From contig NC_042997.1 in NCBI RefSeq assembly GCF_006345805.1, forward strand, positions 65,410,001-65,474,000: a DNA stretch of 64,000 bases, in the 5' to 3' direction. Of the stretch, positions 1 to 12,738 are shown one piece after another. Origin of the DNA: Octopus sinensis (lineage: Eukaryota). The notes beneath the pieces were generated by a model. That model ran no database searches, was not told the origin of the DNA, and saw only the letters and a program-made list of their open reading frames with translations. A program made the translations under genes and the position numbers. Position 1 is the stretch's first letter, and the number at the start of each line of letters is the position of its first letter.

Positions 1-774
1 GAAAATGAACTCATTCACGGAAAGAAGTAGAGCGTTTAAGGGTATTAATTACCGTGACCAACAATTAATACTTCAAACATTTTCCAATGCCTCTATAACA
101 TACCAGTTTCCTACTTTAGCAAATCAAGTAACACTTCTTACGCTATTGTCCGCCATTAAGTTAAGCCCTCTTCATCCCTTACATTCACCACACACACCCT
201 CTCTCTATCTCTTCCTCTCTCGGTCTTTTGTGTCTTTCGGGATCACTTTTCATTGAATATCTTTTCTCATCTCCGGCTCACATATTCACATTAGTTTTGT
301 TGAATCAACAGGGGGCTTCTGAGGTTCGTTCTCCTTTTTATAAATATTAGCCAAATCTTATCCAAATAACATTCTAAAGTTTTTATTTCTAAAGAAAATT
401 TGATATGTTTTACAAGGTTAAATCTTCGAGCGTAAAATCATGAGAAGCTTTCAGTGGCGTCAGTGGTCTACAGGACATGATGTTTCAGCTTTATTTTCTC
501 TTCTGAGTGATGCATAGCGCCTGGATCATTTCAAGACAGACAGATATGTCTATTGCTCTATAGGACACAGGAAACATTTAACTATTTTTAGAACTCATTT
601 TCTATTCCAGAATGAGAAAGTAGTCGTTCTTAAATGTTATAGCAACTGTAAATGCTACAGGGGTCCATAACATTTTAAATAACTTTGAATAACAATACCA
701 TAGCTTATGCATATCTTATCGGTAACACGAAAGACCCAGATGAATATAAGAAACTCCATTTAAATCTTATAAAA

Positions 775-778
<4 letters not shown>

Positions 779-809
<31 letters not shown>

Positions 810-902
810 AGGGAGTGAGAGAGAGGGAGAGAGAGACTGACAGACAGACAGATAAATATAGATATACGTATACATGTACACACATATATATATGTATATA
901 TA

Positions 903-947
<45 letters not shown>

Positions 948-948
948 C

Positions 949-999
<51 letters not shown>

Positions 1000-1095
1000 T
1001 ATGTGTGTGTGTGGATGTGTGTATATAATTTTATGAATTCATAAATATATATATATATATATATAATTTGTATATATATGTATGTGTGTGTGTGT
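779..1095. repeat. Compound (TA)n/(GA)n/(TG)n microsatellites (representative of dozens across the window)
   Basis: Direct reading. These tracts generate the YI/CV/HT-repeat ORFs in the ORF track. Confidence 0.95.
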
Positions 1096-1479
1096 GTTGT
1101 GAATATATTTGTGCGTATGTGTTTGTGCGCACACGTCCATGCGTGCGTGTATATATACATATGGAATATACACACATATATAATTGTATTTAATACCATT
1201 ATTGCTATATCCGTGAATCTGATACACAGACAGTTAGACAAAGATATAAACAGGTTGATCGATATATCCGTACATAACTACATTACTGTGTGCAAACATT
1301 CATAGACAACGAGATATGCTATACATGTCTTCAGAGACAAGGGGAATGAGAGTATAGTTAGTTATGGAGATAATGAAGTTAATCCCCTCGACAATATATC
1401 TCTGAAACAATACAATAACTTAATATGTGAAGACTAGAAGTTATTTCAAGTATTTCCATTTTAAGAATTTAATTTCAGA

Positions 1480-2290
1480 CATACTCATGTACTGCGTTAA
1501 CCACTGCATTGCCAAGTACGAACTTATTATATGTTGTGCATAAGTTGGTCAAAGCTTAGCGAGAGTGAGCATATCAGTTCTCTTCCAACAGATCCGATGA
1601 TTGATGCGATTGATATCAACAAATAAAACATTGGCGGTTTGGGCCCAGTTATAGGAGGTAAAGTTGGGAAGACCTTGCCCTGTGAGACTTTAGAGATCTC
1701 TCGGAAGTAAATCTTCGGGTTGTTGTCTAAGTTGTATGAGGGTATTTCTGCAGCAGCAACAATATCATCTCTTGTATATGGGCAACACAATTATGTGGGG
1801 CAATGAGATAACGCTTGAATTATTTTCTGAAACTAATATGAAGCATAGCTTATTGTTTTAAGAAGCTTTGTTAATGCTGCATATGTGAGGTAGGAGAGAG
1901 ATATCCTCAAAATCCTCAGACCTTGCATTTGCAGTGATTGTTGAAACAAATTAAGTTGTACTGCTACGCCCAAGGTTTGTAATTTGAAGTTTATACTGTA
2001 GATGGGGTATTAAGAGATGGAGGGTAGTATTATCGGCATAGAAAGTCATAGCTAAAGTCCATTACCAAATGGACTTTACCAATAACTTTACCGATAAATT
2101 TATTATATTTTTGATCATGGAACTACCAGAAGTATATGTTTTTTATTCCGATCCTTCCTTCGTCTTTCGACAAGCGAGAAAATGCTAATATCCTTGATTG
2201 CGGATATACTTCATTTTTTATATTTTCTGACTTCTTCCTCTCCGATAAGGGTTTACTTAACTTCTGGAAACCTTACTCAATAGCATGATA
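1480..2290. mobile_element. Highly degraded CR1/L2/Jockey-like LINE RT fragment, possibly with an internal inversion
   Basis: Minus strand reads FYADNTTLH near 2015-2045 (YADD-like) and KVSQGKVFPTL...LLISIASIIGSVGRELICSL (1527-1790), resembling the RT C-terminal region. Plus strand 2163-2285 reads SFDKRENA...FIFSDFFLSDK, resembling AFD.VWH...FISSFLSDR. Motif resemblance by eye only. Confidence 0.33.
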
Positions 2291-2370
2291 AACATAATTG
2301 ACTATTCTAGAGAGACCGATAAGCGACTATCTTTTTCATTCTCTATTTTGTTATACACACACACACACAA

Positions 2371-2505
<135 letters not shown>

Positions 2506-3099
2506 CAAGCTTTTTTTGCAACAATAACTTGCAGCCAAACATAAATGTAGCTGGAAGAAGCTAAATTGATCTCACCCATTACATTTTGAGTTAAATAACC
2601 CACATTCACACCAGACTGCTCACGAAACATATGTAGTATGGATTTACGTTCTCCATTCTCAACAATTAACAATGTACAAGCGCGTAATTAGCAATCTTTG
2701 CATGAGTATGTTGTTGGAGGAATTTTATCGAAATTTCCATCAAATTTGTTTTGGAGCAAGGTGTATACTGTACATTGGTTATTACATATTGTTGAATAAA
2801 TACCTTCTTCTTTGTCATCTATACAAGTCGTGTATATGTTTGATGGTCACTGGTTGCCTGTAGCAAGATATTTTAGGTTATCACACAGCCCCGTGTATGT
2901 GTGTGTGTGTGGTGCGGTATAACTGGTTTACATTGTAATATATATCGAATTATCGAATATTCGATGCTATTATCCTGTCTCCTATATTGCAGCGAAACAA
3001 AATTTTCATGTAAAGATTCAAATTATTATGCAAAGTGATATGATGAATATATATTTAAACATATAAAGAGACTTTTCAAAAGATATGCCTCACTTGTTT

Positions 3100-4650
3100 T
3101 ACTTATCTTCAAACAGTAGCGTTAACTTATTCCTTAAATATGATTGAAATGGCTTGGCAAACATCACATGATATTTTTATATAATACATTTCTGATACAC
3201 TTGAAGCAGAACTCATGATTTAGAAAGTATGTCTTTACTTATTTTGTGATTCATCGATCAAATTATTTCATCAAGTAACAATCTTTTATGTGCGCCACTT
3301 TCAAACAAAAGACAGGTTATTCTCGGAGATAACAGAAGGTTAACGTATCAACTATGATTGATAATATCAAAGTAAATAAATTCCCATCCGGAAAATATTC
3401 GATATATCAAACGTTGAGAACATTATATAAGATAGCATGGAATAACTTCATTTAACTTATATTTCAAAATTCAATAAAAAGGTTACATTTCTCCCATTCA
3501 CATCAAATTAAGTTGCCTTCATACATTATTGGAATTCTCAAAGGACAGTAAATATTGCTATATCATACTGTTCTTTTGTAACCTCCGGATGTTACAGTAT
3601 ACAGAGACATTTATACTCTAGTGTAATATTTCACATCCGTCACTTAAATAACTTCAATCAAAGATGGATTTGCTTTCACTAACCTACACTTTGTCTCATA
3701 CTGTTTGTTCACTTAACTTCCTATAGTTTACAAATCGTGCTTACAGCGATCTAGTCAATCCTTTATTCTTGAAATCGGTTTTAACAAATCATGCTAGAAG
3801 CTTTATTCATCTTCCGAATAATTCATCAGAAATGCCATGGAGTTGCTTGCAACCAGTAGGCAGTTGTGTATGATGAACATTCAAAAGACAGTGTTGTCCT
3901 TAAAACTACTAAAATTATAAATCATATTCACAACTTTTAGCTAAAGCATATTGATCAGTTATACGGTTTTTTCACGTACATTTTATTTTTAAGCCAATTC
4001 CCAGTATCCCTGAAACAGTATCTATTTCATGTTTTCACTTTTGCAAACACAGAAAACAAACTTTGATATAATCTTTTGATGACTATTTAACAGAGAAAAG
4101 TTTCGCCATTTGTATAATCAATTTTTCAACACTACATTACTAATAATTCACCATTACTCGACTTAGAATTTCTACTGCAGTCAAAATTTATACACATTGT
4201 ACTATCTGAGAAAGACATTTAGCATTATTTTCTGGCGAAGGCCATCATTATTGACATGATACGTCTAATTTTTATCATTGTAATTGCTAATAACCACTAT
4301 ATTTATTAACGATCTAGAAGTATTTAAATGTGCAAAAATAATCGCAAATGTGCATGTGCATTTACTCATCATGTAAAAACAAATAAGAGACAGCATTTTC
4401 ATAGCACATCAAGTCAAGCTGGATGTGCAAATTGTTATTCGTAACAAAGAGTGTTTCCGTCGCTACTAACTGATTTGTACACAGCTTGTCAGCTATTTGG
4501 GACACCACTAATTGTATCGGTTTACCGAAATTTGGTCTAGCATTTGATTTTCGGTATCTGTTGCTGATGATGGGAAAACACGGTGAAATCACGCGATACA
4601 ACAGTCTTAGGAAAACTGGTGCTGACAAAATTTGTCTGCCGATTTAATCT
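3100..4650 (-). mobile_element. Very old hAT (Charlie/SPIN-like) transposase remnant
   Basis: Fragments on the minus strand, in the expected order, resemble hAT motifs: ENAVSYLF, SSNGELLVM (cf. VSN.AQLLVF), FIIHNCLLVASN (cf. HCIIHREALASK). Many stops and frameshifts. Confidence 0.28.
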
Positions 4651-5487
4651 GCTTTTTAGCAATATACGTGTATACGATATTATTTATCAGAACGATTAAT
4701 GCAGTTTATGGTGTTTCATAACACATGCAAGTTACATGGATTGATATTTCTTACAATGATTGGTTCCGCTGCAAATAATTAATAACTTAATAAACTATCT
4801 TATTCTTTTTACGTATATTAGTGAGTTCGTTGGCAGTTAAATAAATAGTTGTATATTTTGTTATTGTATATCAAGTGGTGGCATTAAGGAATATTAGATT
4901 ATGATGCAATGAGCAGGGCTTTAAATTATTTAATTTAAATTCACTGTTACGTCTCCAAAAATCTAGTATCAATTCAATCTCAGTTTTAATATACATTCGC
5001 TAGAAAAGTAAAACAGTGTACTCCAAGAAAAACGGAGCACATATCCAACAAGTCATTCGACACAATCAGTCTGAACTTCAGTGACGGTTCCACTACAGTC
5101 ACAGAAGTAACTGCATTTCTGGATCAGTATGTCACCTATACCCTACACTACGCCCATAACCGTATCTGTTAGAGAGTCGTTAGCATGGGGAGCCCGGTAG
5201 CCGCACTAGTCGATTGCTTCCGGCAAAGCACACACACATACACATATATACACACAAACATGGATACATACACAAACACATGCTGATGTGTATGTATGAG
5301 TTGGGTGGGTCAGATAATATGGCAAGAGTAATATTTATACCTACTTAAAGGTGAATGTTTTCTTAGAATAAACTGTTCTACGCTAGATACCACTAGAGAA
5401 ACCCTTTATATAAGCTTTAGGTGCAAAAGGTACTCTTGTTTATATCATTAGCAGGGAGATAACTCCCCACCAACCCTAGACACGAGA

Positions 5488-5534
5488 CCACCAGAACATG
5501 AGATTTCGACTTTCCTTAGTCTCATCGGTGATGG
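5488..5534 (-). ncRNA. Hammerhead-like motif, U4C core variant, helix III decayed
   Basis: ccatca CCGATGA GACT-aaggaa-AGTC GAAA TCTCATGT TC tggtgg: 6-bp helix I, perfect 4-bp helix II, degenerate helix III. Confidence 0.55.
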
Positions 5535-5668
5535 ACACTCATCCGCTAAACATAGCAGTAACTCATCTCTCCACTATCGATATATAGAAAATCAGTGCCT
5601 AAACTGGCACTGGTGTCGTGATTAGAGAGTGAGTATGTTCGAAATTTTTTTCTACAATGGGCGAGCGT

Positions 5669-5715
5669 CTATCACCGATGAGACCGTGAAAGATCGAAAT
5701 CACGTGATCTAGCGG
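5669..5715 (+). ncRNA. Hammerhead-like motif, U4C core variant, palindromic helix III
   Basis: ctatca CCGATGA GACC-gtgaaa-GATC GAAA TCACGTGA TC tagcgg: helix III is the 10-nt palindrome ATCACGTGAT followed by C17. Helices I and II carry mismatches. Confidence 0.6.
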
Positions 5716-6427
5716 TCTCGGAACTGGATTTGGAGAGGTGTTATCTCCCCGCTAAGGGTACATTTTGCGCCAAAAACCTATACCAGAATTTCTCTCGTGG
5801 TATCTACCGCAGTAAGTTATGCTCTAACAGAACCTCCACGTTGAAGTGGGAATAAGTGTTAAATCTCGGTATTACTACTGCCTATGTCGCTTATAAATAT
5901 CAGAAGAGTTAAATTAACCTGTGGTTTTACCAAATCTCTCCATACAAATCGGTTGACTACATATGATTTCTTCCAAAGTTTTGTCTCCTGAACATGTAGG
6001 ATCTGTGCATTATATCCTCGTACATCGCTTGTCACATAGTGGAGATCAGTATTTTCAGCAAGTGGGCTATGGTCATGATCGACTTAATAGATTTGTCGGT
6101 GGTGATCGCTTGGACCTACGAAGGCGAACTCATTCGTCCTAAATATATATGACCGTTGAGAGGGCCTCCATTTCTTGGGCACTCTGGAGACAACCAGCTC
6201 TTTTATGACTTTTCATAGAAAAAAACGAGTTACGTTCAACAAGCTGTGAATTGTTTCTTTTCGTTTCCTGTGACAGAATGGAATGCGTTGTGGTGATGAT
6301 ATCTTGTCTAAAACAAAAATAAGGAAATTAAAATTCGGTGCATTGTACGCAATATTAAGCAATGTAGGGTTACTATCCACAAATGCAAATAGAAATGTGT
6401 ATAGCATGAACGGAATGCACACAGACA

Positions 6428-6495
<68 letters not shown>

Positions 6496-6656
6496 CATAC
6501 ATACATACATACATACATACATACATACATACATACATTCATACATACATACATACATACATACACACACACATATATATATATTCACATATATACATAT
6601 ATATACATATATATACATATATATGCATGTATATATATATAAATAAATATGTATAG

Positions 6657-6687
<31 letters not shown>

Positions 6688-6705
6688 TGTATGTATGTAT
6701 ATGTA

Positions 6706-6968
6706 TCTTTTATCTTTTACTTGTTTCAGTCATTAGATTGCAGCCCTGATAGGACAGCGCCTTGAAGAATTGTTTGTCGAATGAATCGATCCCAGCACTT
6801 TTTTAAGCCTGGTACTTATTCTATCGACTCTTTTGTCGTACGGCTAAGTTATGATGAGGTAAACCTCCCAACACGGGCTGTCAAACGGTGGTGGCGGAAA
6901 ACACAGACACATTGACATACGCACGTCCACATGGACACACACACACGCACGCACACAAACACACACAA

Positions 6969-7043
<75 letters not shown>

Positions 7044-7229
7044 CATATACGTATGTATGCGTTTGTGCACTCGCTTCTTTCAGTTTCCGTCTACTAAATC
7101 CACTCGAAAGGCATTGGTTTGGCCGTGGCTAGAGTAGACAATAATATGCAAGGTGTCACGCAGTGGGACTGAACCAGGAACCATGTATTTAAGAAGCAAG
7201 CTTCTTACCACGAATTCACTCGCGCGCCT
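6706..7229 (-). mobile_element. tRNA-derived SINE (octopod type A) with central microsatellite
   Basis: Head (revcomp GGCGCGCGAGTG..GTGGTAAGAAGCTTGCTT..CATGGTTCCTGGTTCAGTCCCACTGCGTG) and tail (revcomp ..GACTGAAACAAGTAAAAGA). Homologous segments recur at 24.3, 25.3, 27.5, 37.3, 42.0 and 51.1 kb. Confidence 0.8.
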
Positions 7230-7284
7230 ACATGTGTGTATATTGTAAGTGATATTTAACCAAACTTCAATATATCATATACAC

Positions 7285-7500
7285 ATTTGGTTTCGGTTTA
7301 TGGCACAGGACCTGCAATTTCGGAGAGAGGGATAGTCGAGATGATCGACCTCCGAGCGCACTTAATACTCATTCTGTCGACCATGAAATAATGATAGGCA
7401 AAGTCGACCTCGGCAGAATTTGAACTCGTAACGTAAAGACGTACGAAATGCGGCTAAGGATTTTTGCCGGTGTTCTAAAGACTTTGTCGGTTGATCGCCT
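7285..7500 (-). mobile_element. tRNA-derived SINE (octopod type B)
   Basis: Revcomp contains B-box-like GAGTTCAAATTCTGCCGAGGTCGACTTTGCC. Homologous to copies at 11.5, 25.9, 31.2, 61.2, 63.4 and 63.6 kb. Confidence 0.75.
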
Positions 7501-8910
7501 AATTATTATTATATATATATATAGCATCGCGAGTATAACAACTTACAGATATATCTATGGCATAAAAGAAGGTTGCTTCATATTCGTTATTCACTATATC
7601 TGAGTAAAGGGAAATCCCTTGTTTCTCATGATGTCATATGACCCATTATTTCAATATATATTCTAATTAGATATTTTTCTAAACAATCCCGACTAGCCAC
7701 CATGAAATATACCCCTTTTTATTAGAGGATGTAATAACAGTGATAAATGTGTCAGCAAATATAGCATGCTCTCATCTTTTGTTTTCAGTGATGATAATAT
7801 AATGAGTTTTATGAGAGGTGAAGAATGATCTTCGACCAGTAATTGAATCTATATACGTCCAAGACACAAAGGATATTCATAAGGGATTCAGATTTAACAT
7901 TGTCTACTGGACAGAATCCATCCCAATAAACTCTTCGTGTTAAGCTTGCCACAGCAAGTTGTCGAAGAAATCATGAATTATGTGGTCTTCTTAATTGCAT
8001 CTGTGTTTACCCACCGAAAGTAAAGTATCTTGGTTGAGGATTTCGTAGACCTCCGTTACTGTATATAAACGATTTAATACCAGCCGTTGATCTAACTACT
8101 TTAGTCATATTGGCCATTATCTGAATATGTACGAAAGCTCTACATATATGAGGAAAAAAAACATTGAAATTTAATGAAATGTTCAAACACTCCCGAAAGA
8201 ATACTTGATGATGGTGCAAATTCTAAATTTGAGTGGACATCTATAAAAGGCACGAGTATATTACAGCTAATATGTCTACAAAAGTTTTGTAATTTACCAT
8301 CTTTAAATTATTCACTCATTTAATTTCGACGCATAAACATAAAAGAAATTTGCTTGATCGATTTCATATATAATTTCTGGTTGTCTGAAATACTTAATAT
8401 TTATTTAAATAATTACACAATGAAGAGTAAGACTATCAAGAACAATGTTAATTTCCTTGCTAAATCAAGGCAAATATATAAAGATATTAGTGTGCAAAAT
8501 TAATCGACTGGAAACAAATGTCAAAGATTGGCTATAATTATGAAAGTGATAAATGTATGACTATCAAAACGAATATTTTGAAGTTTGACACTCGAAAATA
8601 ATCAAAACTATGTGAATTCTAGCAGAGAGGAAAATATTCGACTAATGAAATCAGACATTGTGATCATTTCTTGGCACATCTACGAATATGTCGACAAATA
8701 TCCTCTTTCACTTACCTCCTACAATTCAACTCTGACTGAATTCCGCCTTAGAACGAAAGGGAAATGCTGTCAGTTTCTGGCCATTAAACAATGTTAGAAC
8801 AAACCTGTTACTAGCTTTTATGAAATGATGACTGACAGTATAAATACACACACACACACACACACTCACATATGTATTGATGTATGTATGTACGTATGTA
8901 TGAATGTATG

Positions 8911-9774
8911 TACGAGGGGCTAGAAGAAACTATAACTTTGCAATATTACTGTATTCAGTTAGTTTTACATATTTACGCTTTTATCGCATTCATAGATTCT
9001 CCATTTGAAACAATGCATCGATTCAGACACGATTTCCACAGTTCGAACCAGGGCTGGAATTCTTGCAATGTGATACATTTTAACGCCTCCGTCGTTATTT
9101 TCATCTCTTCCACATCTGGAAATTCTGTAGCACCACCTTTCGTCACCAGTGATGACCTTCGAAGAAAGGTCAGGTTCAACTTCCAATTGTTTTGTTTCAG
9201 TTCACGACACACATTCAGTTGTGACTGCTTTTGAACTTCAGTGAGCAAGCGAGACACAAAGTTTGCTACAACACTTTTCATTCAAAATTCCTCATTGAAA
9301 TTCGTCGGTAGGAGCTCCAGGAAACACCAGTCATAATAAGTTAGTCAATTCTTCTGTCCTCTAAGATAAGTTCATGAATTTTCATGATGTTTTCATTCGT
9401 TCGGGAGGTCGATGAACGCCCTGAACGAAGTTGATCTTCAAGTGAGAAGTGACTATTGCTAAAGCGTGAAAACTCCTCGTAAACGGCATCATCCTTGTAA
9501 GCAGTCTGAAGCATTACATCTCTTTCGGTTGCCATTTTTCACAGGAGGAAAGAGAACTTCGCAGAAGCACGCTGTTCCTTCAGAAAAATTGACGAACGGG
9601 GAGAAACACTGCAAAAACAAAGACGTATCACGTGGCAGTACGACTATACTCGACGACAACCGTAGGCAGACTGATACCTGAGGGTCGTATCAAGTGGCTT
9701 CTAGCAGCAGAAGCCTGAAATACAGCGGGCTTATGCCACACAGAACGTTTCCAGTTACTTTTGGGTACCTCCTC

Positions 9775-9777
<3 letters not shown>
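8911..9777 (-). mobile_element. mariner element (irritans/mellifera-like), internally deleted
   Basis: TA-bounded ends TACGAGGGG../..CCTCCTCATA. Peptides MLQTAYKDDAVYEEFSRF...LEDQLRSGRSSTSRTNENI, FVSRLLTEVQKQ, VITGDERWCY jump directly to the C-terminal FPDVEE...WKSCLNRCIVSNGE, so the catalytic core is missing. Confidence 0.85.
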
Positions 9778-9805
<28 letters not shown>

Positions 9806-9809
<4 letters not shown>

Positions 9810-11093
9810 GAGTCATCTCATAAATGATGCGGTTTTTAATAGTTATTTTATTTTTCAAACTTAAGATAAAATTCTTTTTTAATCTAAAATATACTCTCCT
9901 TCATTTTCTACAGTACTATTCCATCTATCTGGTAGATTTGCAAGGCCCCGCTTCCAAAATTCACTTGACTGTGACGAAAAATACTCCTCCAGGACTGGTC
10001 TGATATCGTTTACAGAATTCATATTTTTCTGTCCAAATGGTTTTGAAGACTGCGGAGTAAACTCAGATGGGGCCAATATCCGGTGAATATGGTGGGTGGG
10101 GCCTCGTTTCCCCTTCAAACTGCGCCAGTCTTTGGAATGTCATCCCTGCTGTATGTGGCCGAGCGTTATCCTGATAGACGGTCGTTTTTCTTCTGGCGCT
10201 GACTGAAGCTGCTCAAGCTGCTCGCAGTAGATCTTCTTTGTTATCATTTGGTTTGGGTTTAAGAGTTCAAAGTGGACTAAACTTTTCATAACCCACCAAA
10301 CAGATAACAACACTTTACATGGGTGAAGACCTTCTTCTTTAACCTGGGGTAACGGTGTTTTTTTTTCCTTACTCACTGTCTTCGGTGCTTGGCATTTTTA
10401 CAGAGAACCCATTTCTTGTCACCAGTCACTATTCGGTCCAAGAAAGATTCATTCGTGAGGCGTGAAAGCAAAGGAACGTATACATTCATTCTCTGTGCGC
10501 GATTAGACTCGGAAAGTTTGTGTGGAACCTATTGACACAATTTGCTAACTTTTCCGATGGCACGCAGGTGACGATGAATGTTTGAATGACCAAATCCAAA
10601 TTTTGTCGATGAATGTTTGACTGACCAAATCCAAATTTCTCTGCTAGTTCCTCAACGGTTACAATGGGATTTGGTTCAACCATGGTGTGCTGAATATCCT
10701 CGTCGAGCTCTACAGATCTTCCAGGACGAGGCTTCTAGGCTGTAGTTTCTGGCTCGAAATTTCCGGAACCACTGTTGCCACAGGCATATACTTATTGTAC
10801 AATCCCCATATACTGCATTAATATTCCTCGCACTTTCCTTTGCGTTGTTGCCTTTATTGAACTCAAAGCTAAATATGCTGAAAATGCTCCCGTGTCACTT
10901 CCATTATTAAACTTTGAAAAAAAACTCCTGTTAAAATCGAACTGCACTCTTCAAAACTAGCACTAAGAATAAGTGCAAGGTAAAATTACTGCCTGCTTTT
11001 ATAGCAAGGTGATGCATATAGTTTATCCTATCCCCCTCCGACTTTTAGCTCATGTAATTGAAAAAAACTGCATAATTTATGGGATGATCGAGC
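9806..11093 (-). mobile_element. mariner element (Mos1/SETMAR-like), about 1.29 kb, degenerate
   Basis: TIRs at 9806-9837 and 11063-11093 (..CATAAAT.ATGC.GTTTTT). Peptides LHPCKVLLSVWW..LVHFELLNPNQMIT..YCEQL and EFWKRGLANLPDRWNSTVENEGEYI. Confidence 0.85.
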
Positions 11094-11481
11094 GATAGAA
11101 TTAAAACTGAATTGTGTGTGCACGCGCGTGCATGCTTGCATGCACAGTCCCCTAATGTTCCAATGAAAATGTTAATGTATTTCTTAAAGGCATAACATTT
11201 CTCAGTTTATGATGGAGACTGTAGAACCTGGAAGGGCGCTGGTTGAAGTTGACCTCCACACGATTTGAAGCCTAATGGCATTTATTTCAACAGTGTTGTT
11301 TATTTATTGCTCCCTGTAAGTTAGTTTCAATTGAAATAAAGTGGCATATAAATGTTTAAATCACATCTGTTTTCTCTACCTTCATCTTACACTGCTAATA
11401 TGTTTACTGCAATTAGTTATGAACGAAACCTGATTTCAACTCAACAAAGCTTTTATTTCGTCACATTATTCATATAAAAAA

Positions 11482-11571
11482 GGTGGCGAGCAGGTAGAAT
11501 CGTTAGCATGCGAAACAAAATGCTTAGCGGCATTCGTCTGTCCTTACGTTCTGATTTCATACTCCGCCGAG
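11482..11571 (+). mobile_element. SINE type B, 5' fragment
   Basis: GGTGGCGAGCAGGTAGAATCGTTAGCATGCG..AATGCTTAGCGGCATT..CGTTCTGATTTCATACTCCGCCGAG. Confidence 0.7.
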
Positions 11572-11827
11572 AAGAAAATGAGACGAACAAGTTATTCGAT
11601 TAAGCTACAAGGTGTTACCCAGGCAGTCTATGATTCCAAAACATCTTATAGCAGAAAGAGCTATATGCTATCGTAGTTCATAAGATAATTGCCTATTGCT
11701 TTGTCATATCATTTTCTTATTACCGTTCTCAACATGATTAACGCTTTGTATTGAAGCATTGTATATTGATTTATATCCAATTTTATTAGTATCGCAATGC
11801 CTAAGTGAAATGCATGTATATGTATAC

Positions 11828-12005
11828 GGAGAATTCACAAAAAAAAAAGACGAAGACAGGTAGTGTAGACAACAAATAGATGTATTCGTATAACGCTCAG
11901 GAAGTGAAAAAGGTTTTTAACTTTTCGAGCCTACGCTCTTCCACAGAAAGGAACACAGAAAGAAACAAGGAGAGAAAATAAAGAATGTGTAGTGGCTAGC
12001 GATCT
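11828..12005 (-). repeat. Short dispersed repeat with a hammerhead-like variant motif (11913-11950)
   Basis: Homologous to 24553-24750. Revcomp cttt CTGTGGAA GAGC-gtag-GCTC GAAA AGT T aaaa. Confidence 0.6.
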
Positions 12006-12417
12006 GTGTGTGTGTGTATGTGTATGTGTCTTTTGTGCGTATGTATGTATGTATGTATTTAGAACGTCGTGTGTATTCTTGTATCCTTGAAGACATAAAA
12101 TGAAGTGGACTCGTATATATATTTCAGTCATATGAATGGTAGCCATAGCTTCATACTTCCTATAGAAAACGCATTAGAAATATTTAGTTTCACTATCTTA
12201 CATACATATCATAAAAACACATATTCAAAATGAATCAAGTAAGGCAATTAGATTTGTTAACCCTTTTATTAACCTGGTAATCAGCTGATCAACCATTTAT
12301 TAAATGAAAGATAAGCCGACGTTAATTAAACTGGAAGCAAAATTATGCGGATGCACATCCGAGTTATTGTTGTGACAAAATCTGGTGAGCCATGGTTATA
12401 ATATTTAGAAGCCTGAA

Positions 12418-12738
12418 GTCGTGTGGCATAGTGGTTTAGGTATGTAGCTCACGATCGTATCGTTTTGAATTCGATTCCCGGCGATTCTTGCGTCCTTGGG
12501 CAAGACATTTTATTTCACGTTGCTCCAATCCACTCAGTCGGCAAAAAAATGAGTTTTATCTGTAATTGAAAGGGCCAGCTTTGACACATTCTGTGTCAAG
12601 TTGAATCTCCCTCAAAACTACATTAAGTGTACACGTGTCTGTTGAGTACTCAACCACATTCACGTTAATTGCACGTGCAGATTGTTCCGGTGATCCGATC
12701 AACAAGAATCATCCTCGTTGTAACCGACGGAGTGCCAG
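12418..12738 (+). mobile_element. tRNA-derived SINE with CORE-like central domain
   Basis: A/B-box-like head (GTGGCATAGTGG..TTCGATTCCCGG), central CCTTGGGCAAGACATTTTATTTCACGTTGCTCCA..CACTCAG. Homologous to 24838-25162. Confidence 0.75.

Larger units (their letters stand above)
5384..5806. repeat. Imperfect fold-back element: arms 5384-5544 and 5659-5806, plus a weaker inner palindrome
   Basis: The reverse complement of the right arm aligns with the left arm (TAGATACCAC..GAGAAA...GGAGATAAC...CGAGACC...GATTTCGA...GTCTCATCGGTGAT) at roughly 75% identity by eye. The spacer contains the hairpin AGTGCC-taaact-GGCACT. Confidence 0.85.

Noticed and set aside
300-760. TTDATESF-like stretch on the minus strand resembling a MULE transposase motif
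   Set aside because: Single short motif among many stops; not enough support.
1590-1700. Plus-strand NIGGLGPVIGGKVGKTLP resembling a nucleotide cyclase motif
   Set aside because: Flanked by in-frame stops, no splice context, and it is the antisense of a more plausible LINE remnant.
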